This document shows, in pieces, positions 50,401-63,416 of a DNA stretch of 64,000 nt. The notes beneath the pieces were generated by a model. The model searched no databases. It saw only the letters and a program-made list of their open reading frames with translations, and was not told the origin of the DNA. The stretch comes from Mobula hypostoma (lineage: Eukaryota), in contig NC_086100.1 of the NCBI RefSeq assembly GCF_963921235.1, forward strand, positions 201,006,001 to 201,070,000, given 5' to 3'. Positions within the stretch are counted from its first letter, which is position 1; each line of letters opens with the position of its first letter. The position numbers were made by a program, and so were the translations under genes.

Positions 50401-53400
50401 TTGTTATTGAAATTAACAGCTAATTAAATAAAGGGATGATGCAGGATCAGGTGATGGGCTGTAGCTGCATGATGTGGGAGCTGGTGGACCCCACTGTGGT
50501 TCCTGGTGACCACATCTGCAGCAAGTGTTGGCTGCTCGAGGAACTCTGGCTCAAAATTGATGTCCTGGAATCTGAGTTTCAAACCCTGCGGCACTTCAGG
50601 GAGGGGGAGAGTTACCTGGATTCTCTGTTTCAGGAGGTAGTCTCACCCATTAGATTAGCTGCCTCAAATTCGGTCTATAGTCAGACAAAAGAGGGTGTAA
50701 CTGCGAGTGAGGTGATTAGTGGGATCCAAGAGACAGTGCTGGAGGAGCCTCAGCCCTTGAGCTTGTCCAACAGGTCTGAGATTCTTGCTCCCTGTGTGGA
50801 TGAGAGTGGGGGCTGTAGGAAGGACGAGCAACCTAACTGTGGCACCGTAGTTCAGGCAGCTATTCAAGAGGGGGGAGAGAAGTGAAATGCAGTGGTAATC
50901 TGGCGTGAGGATAGAGCATCCCGATGGCTGTGTTGCCTGCCTGACGACTGGGTTCGGGACATCTTATCTGACCTGCAGAAGAATTTGCAGTGGGAGGGGA
51001 AAGATCCAGTTGTTGTGGTCCATGTGGGTTTCAACAACGTAGGAAGAATGTGGAAAGAGGTTCTGCTGAGGGAATTTGAGCAGCCAGGGACTAAATTGAA
51101 AAGCAGAACCAAAAAGGTGGTAATCTCTGGATTACTACCTGAGCCACGTGCAAATTGGCAGAGGATCAAGAAGAACAGAGAGTTAAATGCATGGCTCAAG
51201 GATTGGTGTGGGAGAAGTGGGTTTGAATTCATGGGAAATTGGCACCAGTATTGGGGAGGGAGGGAGCTGTACCAATGGGACGGGCTTCACCTGAACCGTG
51301 ATGGGATCTGAATCCTAGTGAATCACATAACTAGGGCTGTGGATAGGGCTTTAAGCTAAATAGTAGGGGAGTGGGTTCAACAGATTAGAGAAGAAAAGTA
51401 AAAAAATCAAAGTGCGGATAAAGATGAAGAAAAAGCAAAAGATGAAAAAGAGATAAGTAACAGTGGAGTGAAGAAAAAGCTAGTGCAAAAGAGTAAAAGA
51501 TTACAAGATTTTAAAAGCACAATTAATGTGTAAGGGCACTTTATTTGAATGCCCTTAGTACTTGAAACAGGGCCAGTGAACTTGTGGCACTAATCAGTAT
51601 AAAGGGGTATAATTTAGAGGCCATTACAAAGATGTGGTTGCAGGGTGGAGCGGATTGGGAATTAAATATCCAAGGAGATCAGGTAATATGGAAGGATAGG
51701 CAGGAAGGTAAGGGAGATGGGGTAGTACTCTTAATTAAAGATGAGATCCGGGCAATAGTGAGAGACGATATAAGATCTAAGGAGCAGAATTTTGAATCTA
51801 TCTGGGCAGAGATTAGGAATAGTAAGGGGAGTTGTCTATTAGCCATTGAATAATAACATTACAGTGGCACAGGCAATAAACAGAGAAATATCTGAGGCAT
51901 GTAAGAATGGAACAGCAGTTATCATGGGGGAATTTAACTTGTACATAGATTGGGTGAATCAAGTTGGTCAAGGCTGTCTTGAGGAAGACTTCATAGAATG
52001 CATCCATGATAGCTTTCTTGAACAGCAAGTTTCTGAACCTACAAGGAAACGTGCAATGAGACAGGTAAAATTAGTGATCTTGTAGTGAGGGATCATCTTG
52101 GAAAGAGTGACCACAGTATGACTGGGTTTCTCCGACAAATGGAGGGTGCAATAATTTGATCTAAAACCAGTGTATTATGCCTAAACAATGGAGACTACAA
52201 TGGGATGAGAGAGGAGTTGGATAGGGTAGACTGGGAACACAGGCTATATGGTGGGACGGTTGAGAAACAGTGGAGGACTTCCAAAGAGATTTTTCATGAT
52301 GCTCAACAGAGGTATATTCCAGTTAAAAACAAGGAGAGTAAGGGTGGGAAGAGCCAGCCTTGGATAACTAAGAAAATAAAAGAAGGCATCATACTAAAAG
52401 CTCATGCATACAAAGTCGCCAAGAGTAGTGGGAAACTGGAAGATCGGGAAAACTTTAAAAAGCAACAAAGAACCACTAAACGAGCAATAAAGAAAGGGAA
52501 GATAGATTATGAAAACAAACCAGCACGAAATATAAAAATGGATAGTAAAAGTTTTTGTAATTATATAAAGTCGATAAAGGTGGATAAAGTGAACGTAGGT
52601 CCCTTGCAGGGAGAAGAGGGGGAATTGATAGTGAGTAATGAGGAAATAGCCGAGGTTTTGAATGGCTATTTTGTATTTGTCTTTACGGTGGAGGACACAT
52701 CTAACATGCCAAAGAGAGATGTTACAGATACAATAGGGGTTGAGGAGCTCAATACAATAGGTAGTACTGAGCAAACTTGTGGGCCTGAAGATGGATAAGT
52801 CCCCTGGTCCTGATGGAGTGCATCCCAGGGTACTGAAAGAAATTGCAGAAGTTATAGTAGAGGCTTTGGTGATGGTTTACTAAATTTCTCTAGATTCTGG
52901 GCAGGTCCCAGCAGATTGGAAGATGGCAAATGTCACGCCACTGTTCAAAAAAGGATGTAGGCAGAAGGAAGGTAACTATAGGCCAGTTAGTTTAACATCT
53001 GTTAGTTTAATATTTGGAAAAATGCTTAATGCTATCATTAAAGAAGAGATAGTGAGTCGTCTGGAAGGAAATGGATCCATCAGGCAGGCACAGCATGGAT
53101 TCAGCAAAGGCAGGTCCTGTTTGACAAACTTACTGGAGTTCTTTGAGGATATAATGAGCACAGTGGATAGAGCGGAACAGATGGACGTTATTTACTTGGA
53201 TTTCCAGAAGGTGTTCGATACGGTGCTGCTTAAAAGACTTATCCATAAGATAAGGATTCATAGAGTTGGGGGTGATGTATTAGCATGGATAGAGGATTGG
53301 TTAACTAATAGAAAGCAGTGAGTTGGGACACATGGGTGTTAGTCTAGTTGGCGATCAGTGGTGAGCAGTGTGCCACAGGGGTCAGTGCTGAGCCTGCAAC

Positions 53401-54226
53401 TGTTCACGTTATACATTAATGATCTGAAAGAGGGAACCAAGTGCAGTGTATCGCAGTTTGCTGTTGACACTAAATTCAACGGAAAAGCAAATTGTACAGA
53501 AGATACGGAGAGTCTGCAGAGAGATATAGATAGGTTAAGTGAGTGGGCAAGGGTCTGGCAGATGGAGTACAATGTTGGTAAATGCAAGGCCATCCACTTT
53601 GGAAGGAAAAATGAAAGAGCAGGTTATTATTTAAATGGTAAAAGATTGCGGCATGCTGCTGTGCAGAGGAACTTGGGAGTGTTTTTGCATGAATTGCAAA
53701 AGGTTGGTTTGAGGAAAGATATTCTGGCTTTGGAGGTGATGCAGAGGAGGTTCACCAGGTTGATTCCAGAGATGAGGGGGTTAGACTATGAGGAGAGATT
53801 GAGTCACCTGGGATTGTACTTGCTGGAATTCAGAAGGATGCGACAAGATCTTATAGAAACATATAAAATTGTCAAAGAGATAGATAAAATAGAGGCAGGA
53901 AACTTGTTTCCACTGATAGATGAGACTAGAGCTAGGGGACATAGCGTAAGATTCAGGGGATTAGATTTGGGATGGAGATGAGGAGGAACTGCTTTTCCCA
54001 GAGAGTGGTGAATCTGTGGAATTCTCTGCACAATGAAGCAGTGGAGGCTACCACAGTAAATATAGGTTGGATAGATTTTTGCGTAGTAGGGGAATTAGGG
54101 TTATGGGGAAAAGGCAGGTGGGTGGAGATGAGTCCGTGGTCAGATCAGCCGGGATCTTATTGAATGGCGGAGCAGGCTCGACGGGCCGGATGGCCGACTC
54201 CTGCTCCTATTTCTTATGTTCTTATG
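50401..54226 (+). mobile_element. Near full-length decayed CR1 LINE with zinc-finger/esterase ORF1
   Basis: ORF1 CSCMMWE...HICSKC, then SGNH-like VVVHVG.N and DGLHLN. ORF2 fragments run through the RT; 3' hairpin and (tcttatgt) tail. Confidence 0.9.
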
Positions 54227-55557
54227 AAATACATCATTTGCATCAACAGTAATGTGCCGGGGCAGCCCAGAAGTGTCTCCACATTTGCAGTGCCAACATA
54301 ACATCCCATAACTCACTGACCTGAACCTGTAGAGCTTTGGGATGTGGGAGGGAACTGGAGCACAAAGAAACCTCTGCAGTCCTGGGGAGAATGTACAACC
54401 CCCCCACAGAGAACCGTGGGAATTTCCTGCGTGTTGGTCCTGCAACTGCAGAATCTCTTGTCCCAGTTGGCCTGGACGAGCTGGGCTCTATGAGTGAGTC
54501 CTCTCTCATTAACAGTGGATATCTGGGCTCAGTTACACGGGCTGCCTTTAACAGTTGACAGTGCTCAGACACTGACTCGTGCCTTGCGCACATTGAGGGT
54601 TATTTGCAATACAGATGTCCACCTGTCCAGTGAAGCTACAAGCAACGTAATTCTTCAGGTTGTCATAGCTGAGAAGTTAGGGTACTGTTGATCAGTTGCC
54701 AGTCAATGCTCCCAATGGCGTGAATGTCACATAACCTCTGACAACCAAGTCCAGCTCCTGGCCTACATGTGTGGCTTTGCGACTAAACCCACTGGAGAGG
54801 GGACATGGCCAGGTTACTGGCACCTTAAAGCTAGTCACTTCAGGCAGGTGGGACTCGTCAGCCGTGGTGGCAACACATCTAGAAGGAAAACTCTGATCTC
54901 AAACTTCTGAAGCCTTGCGGCTGTACCCATAAAAGTTCTCTGGAAATAAATGCAGGGGAAAGTACAGAACTGGATTCCCTAAGGCAGTCCAAAGTTGAGT
55001 TAATGTTGACTGGCAACCTCTACAATGCCACTGGTGCCAGACTGTATCAGCCTCTGCCATTCCGTGTGGAGAGGGCCAGCCTGCTCTCCATATTATATTG
55101 CCCAGGCTTACACATGACAGCTCGGGTGCACCATCCACGATCGACCACGACAACGAAGGGCCTCTTACAGTACCACTGCAGGTCACGGTATACAGCTCTG
55201 CACTATTTTACCAGATGCTGAGACACAATTTCATTTCCTGTATTTCGGTCAGAGTGTGGAGTAAATGAAAGGTGGTGTGAAGAAGCTGAGGCTACAGAGC
55301 TTGAGGGGAAGGGAGTTCCGTGCAGGGCAGGGAGCTGCAGCTGCTGTTCTCTGACTCCATCCCAAGGAAGGCTGGCCTGGCTCCAGCCAGAAAATATTAT
55401 ATTACATCAGGTGTATTGTCAAGGAAGTGTTTACTTCAGACATGCAACTGATATTAGAGGCTGAACTGACACATGACACAAAATTATTTTTTAAAAGGTA
55501 ATTCACTAAATGAAAACCAAACAGGATACAGAGCAATAGGAATATATAATCGGTATC

Positions 55558-56045
55558 TGCAGGTGGTGACAGGGCAGGTGGAGAAAGAGCAGGTGTATCA
55601 GGGCAGGTGGTAGACGGCAGTTGGTGACAGGACAGGTGGGACAGGACAGGTGGGACAGGGCAGGTGGTGACAGGGCAGGTGGTGACAGGGCAGGTGGGAC
55701 AGGCCAGGTGGTGACAGGGCAGGTGGAACACAGCAGTTAGAACAGGGTAGGGGGCGAAAGGGCAGGTGTATCAGGGCAGGTGGTAGACGGCAGTTGGTGA
55801 CAGGACAGGTGGGACAGGGCAGTTGGTGACAGGACAGGTGGGACAGCGCAGGTGGTGGCAGGGCAGGTGGGACAGGACAGGTGGTGACAGGGCAGGTGGG
55901 ACAGGGCAGGTGGAACACAGCAGTTAGAACAGGGTAGGGGGTGAAAGGGCAGGTGTATCAGGGCAGGTGTATCAGGGCAGGTGATTCGGGGCAGGTGGTG
56001 AACAGGCAGGTGATTCGGGGCAGGTGGTAGCAGGGCAGATAGGAC
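55558..56045. repeat. G-rich minisatellite, 14-15-bp unit caggtggtgacaggg / caggtgggacagga
   Basis: Visible tandem units. A larger block (gaacacagcagttagaacagggtagggg) is duplicated at ~55727 and ~55914. Confidence 0.9.
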
Positions 56046-57569
56046 AGGAGATCTGTTCTACCTGTTTTTTCCTGTCTCGTAGTGCTGCCCTCTAATTCAC
56101 TCAGCCGTGTATGGGACACCACAAGTCTGAGACTTTACCTCTGAACCATGAGGCTGGGATTTAAAATGGCATTTCAGAGTGCTAGGCCTGTGCTTTCGGT
56201 TATCCCTAAGGAGACGGCAGATGCTGCGATCTGGAGTAAAGCAACTAGCTGGCGAACAACTCAGAGCTTCGAGCAGCACCTTGACAATTTGTGCTACCAC
56301 CCACCACACACACCCACAGATGTTGCCAGACTCCCTCAGTTCCTCCATTTGAGTGCTTCTGCAGTACTGAGGAATTCACAGCCACAGACGGCCAAGTCAC
56401 TGAATATAGTCAAAGCAGAAGTTGATAGGTTCTTCATTAGTCAGGAATCAAAGGTTGTGAGAGGGCTGGAGAACGGGGCTCAGAGGCATAATAAATCAGC
56501 TATGAAGGTATGTAGAACAGCCCTGTTGGGACATCTGGTCTAATTTTCTCCTACGTCTTATGGTCTTGTCTGAGGATTGTCTGAAGTTCTCCCCTTTCAG
56601 CTGTGATGTGCAGCTATGGCTAGTTTGGAAAACACTCAGCAAGTCAGTCAGCATCTGTGGAGCGAGTGGCGACTTTGGGAGAGGCTGCTTGAGTAGCCTG
56701 GGCCGGTGACCGTGGTGCCATGGTGGAGGGAGGGTGTGTTTAGTGGAGGGGTGGGTCCTTGCGCGAGTGATTACCCAGGATTGAGTGAGAAAGGAGAGGG
56801 ACACGGGCACCAGCAGTCGATAAAGTGGTGCCGTCTGAAAAGTGAAATCACAGCTGAGCAACTGGATGAACATCACGGTCAAAAGGGCAGCATGGTAGTG
56901 TAACGCTATGACAACACCAGCGACACGGGTTCAATCCTCACCACCGTCCACAAGGAGCGTATACGTTCTCCTGGTGTCCGCTTGTGTTTCCTCCGCTTTC
57001 CGCCCACAGTCCAAAGACGTACCGGTTAGGGTTGGCAACAGTTGTGTGAAGATCCCAGCACGCCCTGACACTCTGTCGCTGATGCAAAATGACACATTTC
57101 ACTGTATGTCTGATGCCTCACTGTAGATGTGACAAAGAAAATTAATCTCTGCTTTTATCCTAATTTTATTTTATTTTATATAAAGATGCAACATGGAACA
57201 GACCCTTCTGACCTAGTGGGCCGTACTGCCCAGCAGCCACCTATTTAGCACTAGCCCTATCAAGGGACAATTTACAATGACCAATTCACCTAATGGCCAG
57301 CACATATTTGGACTGTAGGAGGAAACTGGAGCACCCGGAGGAAACCTAAGCACCTCATGGCAAGAAGGTCCTTACAGGTGGTGCCAGAATTGAACTCTTC
57401 ATGCGGGAATGCCCTGAGTTGCAATAGTATCGCGTTAACCATCACACTACAATGGCACCAACGGTTAATGCAGAGATACAATGTAAAATCTGTCAGGAGT
57501 TGGTTACAGTCTCTCAGACAGGCTACCATTCCATGTTGTCTCACACTAACAAGTTATTTCCCTTTGCAG

Positions 57570-57635
57570 ATGAAGAGGAATATTGTGCAAGAGATGAAGT
57601 ACGTGGAGATGGTCCTGGTGGCAGACAATGCAGAG
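57570..57635 (+). CDS. ADAM coding exon E (furin site and start of the reprolysin catalytic domain), 66 nt
   Basis: Branch-point-like cactaac at 57544-57550, acceptor tttccctttgcag|, donor |gttcgt. Reads MKRNIVQEMKYVEMVLVADNAE, the 'KYVE..LVAD..E' start of the ADAM catalytic domain. Likely ADAM8/12/15/19/33 group; exact paralog not assignable by eye. Confidence 0.92.
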
Positions 57636-58503
57636 GTTCGTTGCTTCTTCGAACATCACTTACTGAGCCCAGTGCTAAGATTCATGGCTCAGGTTGGAAA
57701 CAGAGGACAGGAGTTAGCCAATGTTGATCAAAGGTAGAAACAGCGAAACATAGTACATAGAAACAGAGAAGAGAGAACATAGAACAGTGAACACAGAAAC
57801 AGAGAACACAGAACATAGAACAGTGAACAGAGTACAGAGAACAGTACAGGGCCGCCTCTATACCTGCACTGACCATGCTGCCGAATTAAACTAATCCTAC
57901 CTACCTTCTCATGGTCTGTATACCTCAATCCCCTGCCTGTTCACGTTCCTGTCTAAATAGCTCTTCAACGTTGCTATCACATCTAAACATAGAACATATC
58001 TCAGTACAGTAATCTAAACATAGAACATATTTCAGTGCAGTACAAGCTCTTCAGCCACTATGTTGTGCCAACTTTTTTACCAGCTCTAAGAACAACCTAA
58101 CTCTTCCGTCTTACATCTCTCTCCAATTTTAATTGTCCATGTGACTCTTATATGTCCCTAACATATCTTCCTCTGCCATCACCCTGAGCAGCAAGTTCCA
58201 TGCCCCCATCATTCTGTGTAAAATTTACTTCTGACATCCCCCCCGTTTCCTCCATTGACTCTGGCGGTCCAGTCCAGGCACCCACCACTCTCTGTGTAAA
58301 AGAAAACTTGTGTCATAAATCTTGTTTGAACTTACCCTTTTCGCTTTAAACCTACGCCCACTAGTGTATAACATTTCCACCCTGGGGTAAGACTCTGACC
58401 ATATACTCTGGCTGTACCTGTCATTATCTTATAAACCAACCTCTCATGTCCACTCTCACTCTACAAAAAACAATTCATTTGTCTAATTTCTCCTTATAGC
58501 TAA

Positions 58504-58815
58504 TATGAGGGGTGATTGATAAGTTCATGGCCTAAGGTACAAGGAGTCAATTTTAGAAAACCTAGCACATTTACTTTTCAACATGGTCCCCTCCTACATT
58601 TACACACTTAGTCCAGCGGTCATGGAGCATACAGATCCCTTCTTTGTAGAAGTCGGTGTCTTGGACCTCCAGGTGGTCCACAGCAGGGGTGATTGATAAC
58701 TTTGTGGCCTAAGGTAGGAGATGAGTTATACAGCTCTCATTACATGCACATGCAGTTCAACTCTTTGAGTGATTATGCAGAAAGTTTGAAGTTAATAACC
58801 CATCTCCTTCTACCT
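58504..58815. mobile_element. Mariner-like non-autonomous element with duplicated TIR
   Basis: TA + tgaggggtgattgataagttcatggcctaaggta from 58504. Second direct copy at 58685-58728; partial inverted copy taacccatctccttctacct at 58796-58815. Confidence 0.6.
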
Positions 58816-58849
58816 CTCCCTCTCCAAGTGTTGCTTTGCCTCTGGTGAC

Positions 58850-59016
58850 AACGTGGCATACCCACGACTTGCTAACCCTAACCTACACCGTTGGAATGAG
58901 GGAGGACACGGGGGCAGCCGAGGTCTCGGTGGGAACATGGCGTACCCACGACTTGCTAACCCTAACCCTACACCGTTAGAATGAGGGAGGAAATGGGGGC
59001 AGCCGAGGTCTCGGTG
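58850..59016. repeat. Tandem duplication, ~84-bp unit x2, within a SINE-like fragment
   Basis: acccacgacttgctaaccctaacc...gggggcagccgaggtctcggtg occurs twice. Confidence 0.85.
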
Positions 59017-59130
59017 CGAACGTACAGGCAGCAGTGGGAATTGAACCCCAATCACCGATGATATAAAGCGTAGAGCTAACCTCTGTGCTACCGAGATGTG
59101 CTGTTGGACCAGCAGTGGAGGTGCCGCACA

Positions 59131-61318
59131 GTAGCTAAGATAGACTGGCAAATGACACTTAAAGGGTTGACGGTGGATATGCAATGGCAAGCATTTAAAG
59201 GTTGCATGGATGAACTACAACAATTGTTCATCCCAGTTTGGCAAAAGAATAAATCAAGGAAGGTAGTGCACCCGTGGCTGACAAGAGAAATTAGGGATAG
59301 TATCAATTCCAAAGAAGAAGCATACAAATTAGCCAGAGAAAGTGGCTCACCTGAGGACTGGGCGAAATTCAAAGTTCAGCAGAGGAGGACAAAGGGCTTA
59401 ATTAGGAAGGGGAAAAAAGATTATGAGAGAAAACTGGCAGGGAACATAAAAACTGACTGTAAAAGCTTTTATAGATATGTAAAAAGGAAAAGACTGGTAA
59501 AGACAAATGTAGGTCCCCTACAGACAGAAACAGGTGAATTGATTATGGGGAGCAAGGACATGGCAGACCAATTGAATAATTACTTTGGTTCTGTCTTCAC
59601 TAAGGAGGACATAAATAATCTTCCAGAAATAGTAGGGGACAGAGGGTCCAGTGAGATGGAGGAACTGAGCGAAATACATGTTAGTAGGGAAGTGGTGTTA
59701 GGTAAATTGAAGGGATTGAAGGCAGATAAATCCCCAGGGCCAGATGGTCTGCATCCTAGAGTGCTTAAGGAAGTAGCCCAAGAAATAGTGGATGCATTAG
59801 TGATAATTTTTCAAAACTCGTTAGATTCTGGACTAGTTCCTGAGGATTGGAGGGTGGCTAATGTAACCCCACTTTTTGAAAAAGGAGGGAGAGAGAAACC
59901 GGGGAATTATAGACCGGTTAGCCTAACGTCGGTGGTGGGGACACTGCTGGAGTCAGTTATCAAGGATGCGATAACAGCACATTTGGAAAGCGGTGAAATC
60001 ATCGGACAAAGTCAGCATGGATTTGTGAAAGGAAAATCATGTCTGACGAACCTCATAGAGTTTTTTGAGGATGTAACTAGTAGAGTGGATAAGGGAGAAC
60101 CAGTGGATGTGGTATATTTGGATTTTCAAAAGGCTTTTGACAAGGTCCCACACAGGAGATTAGTGTGCAAACTTAAAGCACATGGTATTGGGGGTAAGGT
60201 ATTGATGTGGATGGAGAATTGGTTAGCAGACAGGAAGCAAAGAGTGGGAATAAACGGGACCTTTTCAGAATGGCAGGCGGTGACTAGTGGGGTACCGCAA
60301 GACTCAGTGCTGGGACCCCAGTTGTTTACAATATATATTAATGACTTGGATGAGGGAATTAAATGCAGCATCTCCAAGTTTGCGGATGACACGAAGCTGG
60401 GTGGCAGTGTTAGCTGTGAGGAGGATGCTAAGAGGATGCAGGGTGACTTGGATAGGTTAGGTGAGTGGGCAAATTCATGGCAGATGCAATTTAATGTGGA
60501 TAAATGTGAAGTTATCCACTTTGGTGGCAAAAATAGGAAAACAGATTATTATCTGAATGGTGGCCGATTAGGAAAAGGGGAGGTGCAACGAGACCTGGGT
60601 GTCATTATACACCAGTCATTGAAAGTGGGCATGCAGGTACAGCAGGCGGTGAAAAAGGCGAACGGTATGCTGGCATTTATAGCGAGAGGATTCGAGTACA
60701 GGAGCAGGGAGGTACTACTGCAGTTGTACAAGGCCTTGGTGAGACCACACCTGGAGTATTGTGTGCAATTTTGGTCCCCTAATCTGAGGAAAGACATCCT
60801 TGCCATAGAGGGAGTACAAAGAAGGTTCACCAGATTGATTCCTGGGATGGCAGGACTTTCATATGAAGAAAGACTGGATGAACTGGGCTTGTACTCGTTG
60901 GAATTTAGAAGATTGAGGGGGGATCTGATTGAAACATATAAAATCCTAAACAGATTGGACAGGCTAGATGCAGGAAGATTGTTCCCGATGTTGGGGAAGT
61001 CCAGAACAACGGGTCACAGTTTGAGGATAAAGGGGAAGCCTTTTAGGACCGAGATGAGGAAAAACTTCTTCACACAGAGAGTGGTGAATCTGTGGAATTC
61101 TCTGCCACAGGAAACAGTTGAGGCCAGTTCATTGGCTATATTTAAGAGGGAGTTAGATATGGCCCTTGTGGCTATGGGGATCAGGGGGTATGGAGGGAAG
61201 GCTGGGGTGGGGTTCTGAGTTGGATGATCAGCCATGATCATAATAAATGGCGGTGCAGGCTCGAAGGGCTGAATGGCCTACTCCTGCACCTATTTTCTAT
61301 GTTTCTATGTTTCTATGT
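59131..61318 (+). mobile_element. Young 5'-truncated CR1 LINE with an uninterrupted ORF2 RT region
   Basis: Open frame to the stop at 61218 (track ORF 706 aa): NYRPVSLTS, YLDFQKAFDKVPH, KFADDTK. 3' hairpin ggtgcagg...cctgcacc and (ttctatgt)n tail. Confidence 0.95.
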
Positions 61319-63416
61319 AACTAATTTCACAACGTAAGTCAGTGATATTCAACCTGATTATGAATTCTGGGGGGACCAGTATCCCCAAGCACAGGTGTAT
61401 CTCATTTCCATACAGGTGAGGGGTGTTTGGAGCTGGACTGTGTGCGACTGGGACCTCTGGCTGTTTATTTATCGAGGTTGGATTGGAGTAGGCCCTTCCT
61501 GCCCTTTGAGCCAGGCAGCCCAACGTCCCCCGATTTAACCTGAGCCTCATCACAGGACAATTTACAATGAGTGATCAACGTACCCGGTACGTCTTTAGGC
61601 TGCAGGAGGAAATCAGATCACCCAAGGAAAACCCGTGCATTCCACTGGGAGGATGCACAGACTCCTTCAGGTGACATTGGAACTGAGCTCCGAACTTGGA
61701 CAACCTGAACTGCTAAAGCGTTTTACTAACCACTGTCCCAACTCTGCAGCCGCTCAGGAGGGTTCAAGATGCTCAGCTATTAGGTGTGTGAGCTCCATGC
61801 ACGTAAAGTGTGGTTGAGGTAAAAGATAAAGTAAAATGAATTTATTATCAAAGTTCATGGACAGTATCTCACCATATACAAACTTGAGATTCATGTTCTT
61901 GCAGGCATTCATAGTAAAGACAAAGAAACAAAACAATAATAATAAATACACAATAAATATTGAGAACATGAGATGAAGAGTCCTTGAAAGTGAGTTCATA
62001 GGTTGTGGGAACAGTTCAGTGATGGGGCGAGTGAAGTTGAGTGTAGTTAGCCCCTCTGGTTCAAAAGCCTGATGGTTGAGGGGTAATAACTGTTCCTGAA
62101 CCTGGTGGTGTGAGTCCTGAGGCTCCTGTACCTCCTTCCCGATGGCAGCAGTGAGAAGAGAGCATGTCCTGGGTATTCGGGGTCTTTGACGTTGGATTCT
62201 GCTTTCCTGGCAGTGCTCCTTGCAGATGTGCTCAATGGCAGGGAGGGTTTTACCTGTGATGGACTGGGCTGTATCCACTACTTTCTGTAGGCTTTTCAGT
62301 TCAAGGTGTTTCCATATCTGCTAAATCTTACTGAATGTTGGACCAGGCTAGTACAACATGGGATCATTCCTGCTCCCATTACCTCTGCTCCTTTGTCCAT
62401 GTCATTTGGTGATTTGTGCTTTGGCCATGATATAACATTTTCAGTTTTGCTGATGACACAATACAAAGTAGGAATCGGAGGGAGATAACAATGCCCAGAA
62501 GTTTCTGACCATCTGAATGAGATGTAATGAGCAGGAGCATATGCAAACCCACTCCTGGAAAACGTCCTCCATTCCCTGAGGTTGACCTTGGTCACCACAC
62601 TGCTTCATCTGTCCTCAACTGACTTCCCTGTGTGTCCATCTCCCAGCGTGAGGGTTTTCAGTGGCTTGGCCTCCACGGTTCTCTAGGGTAGACTTACAGC
62701 CTTCTGTGAGGAAAAATGCTCCTCATGTCTGTCTGAAAGAAACAACCCCTTATTTTGAAACAATGTCCTGAGAAGCTGATCAGAGAGAGAGAGAGATCAC
62801 ATAGACCTTTTCCCTGGCCATCAAGAGGCCTTTTTCCAAGCTGATCAGAGGCAGTGATCGAGCGGACAGCCAGAGATCTTGTCTCAGGACTCAAATGGCA
62901 AATACCGGGGGGCATAATTCGAAGGTGATTGGAGGAAAGTATAGGGGGATGTCAGAGATAAAGATTTTTTACACAGAGATTCGTGGGTGTGTGGAACACC
63001 CTGCCAGGAGTGATGGTAGTGGTAGATACATTAGGGATATTTAAGAGACTCTTAAGTGGGCACATGGCTGTTAGAAAAAAGGACAACCATGTAGTTGTAG
63101 AATTTCACAACAGATGCCGGTGATAATAAACCTGATTTTGATTCTGATGGAAAGTAAATCAATCTAATTTGGAGTAGGTTAAGGGGACAGCCCAACATCG
63201 TGGGCGAAGGGCATGTATGGTGTTGTAATGCTCAGTATTCCAATAACTCACAAGGGGAGTTATGCTCTCCCCAACCACCCCACACAATCTTCACAAGATC
63301 TCCCATTCGTGGAGTTCATGATGCTCTTGGGACACCCTTTCCAAAGTCTCCACATCCTTCCTGGACTGTGGAAGATGGAATTACAGTCAGCATGAGGAAC
63401 TTCAGTCAGCTTCACT

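Noticed and set aside
54680..55080. Possible RTE-derived repeat with an HDV-like ribozyme (similar-looking segments at ~23040-23400 and ~29520-29920)
   Set aside because: I could not build the nested double pseudoknot by eye and the family assignment is uncertain.
58871..58970. Interstitial telomere repeat (ctaaccctaacc)
   Set aside because: Only about 2 units, inside a duplicated SINE-like fragment.
59098..61218. 706-aa ORF as a host gene
   Set aside because: It is CR1 ORF2 with a LINE 3' tail; the start in the ORF track lies in flanking sequence.
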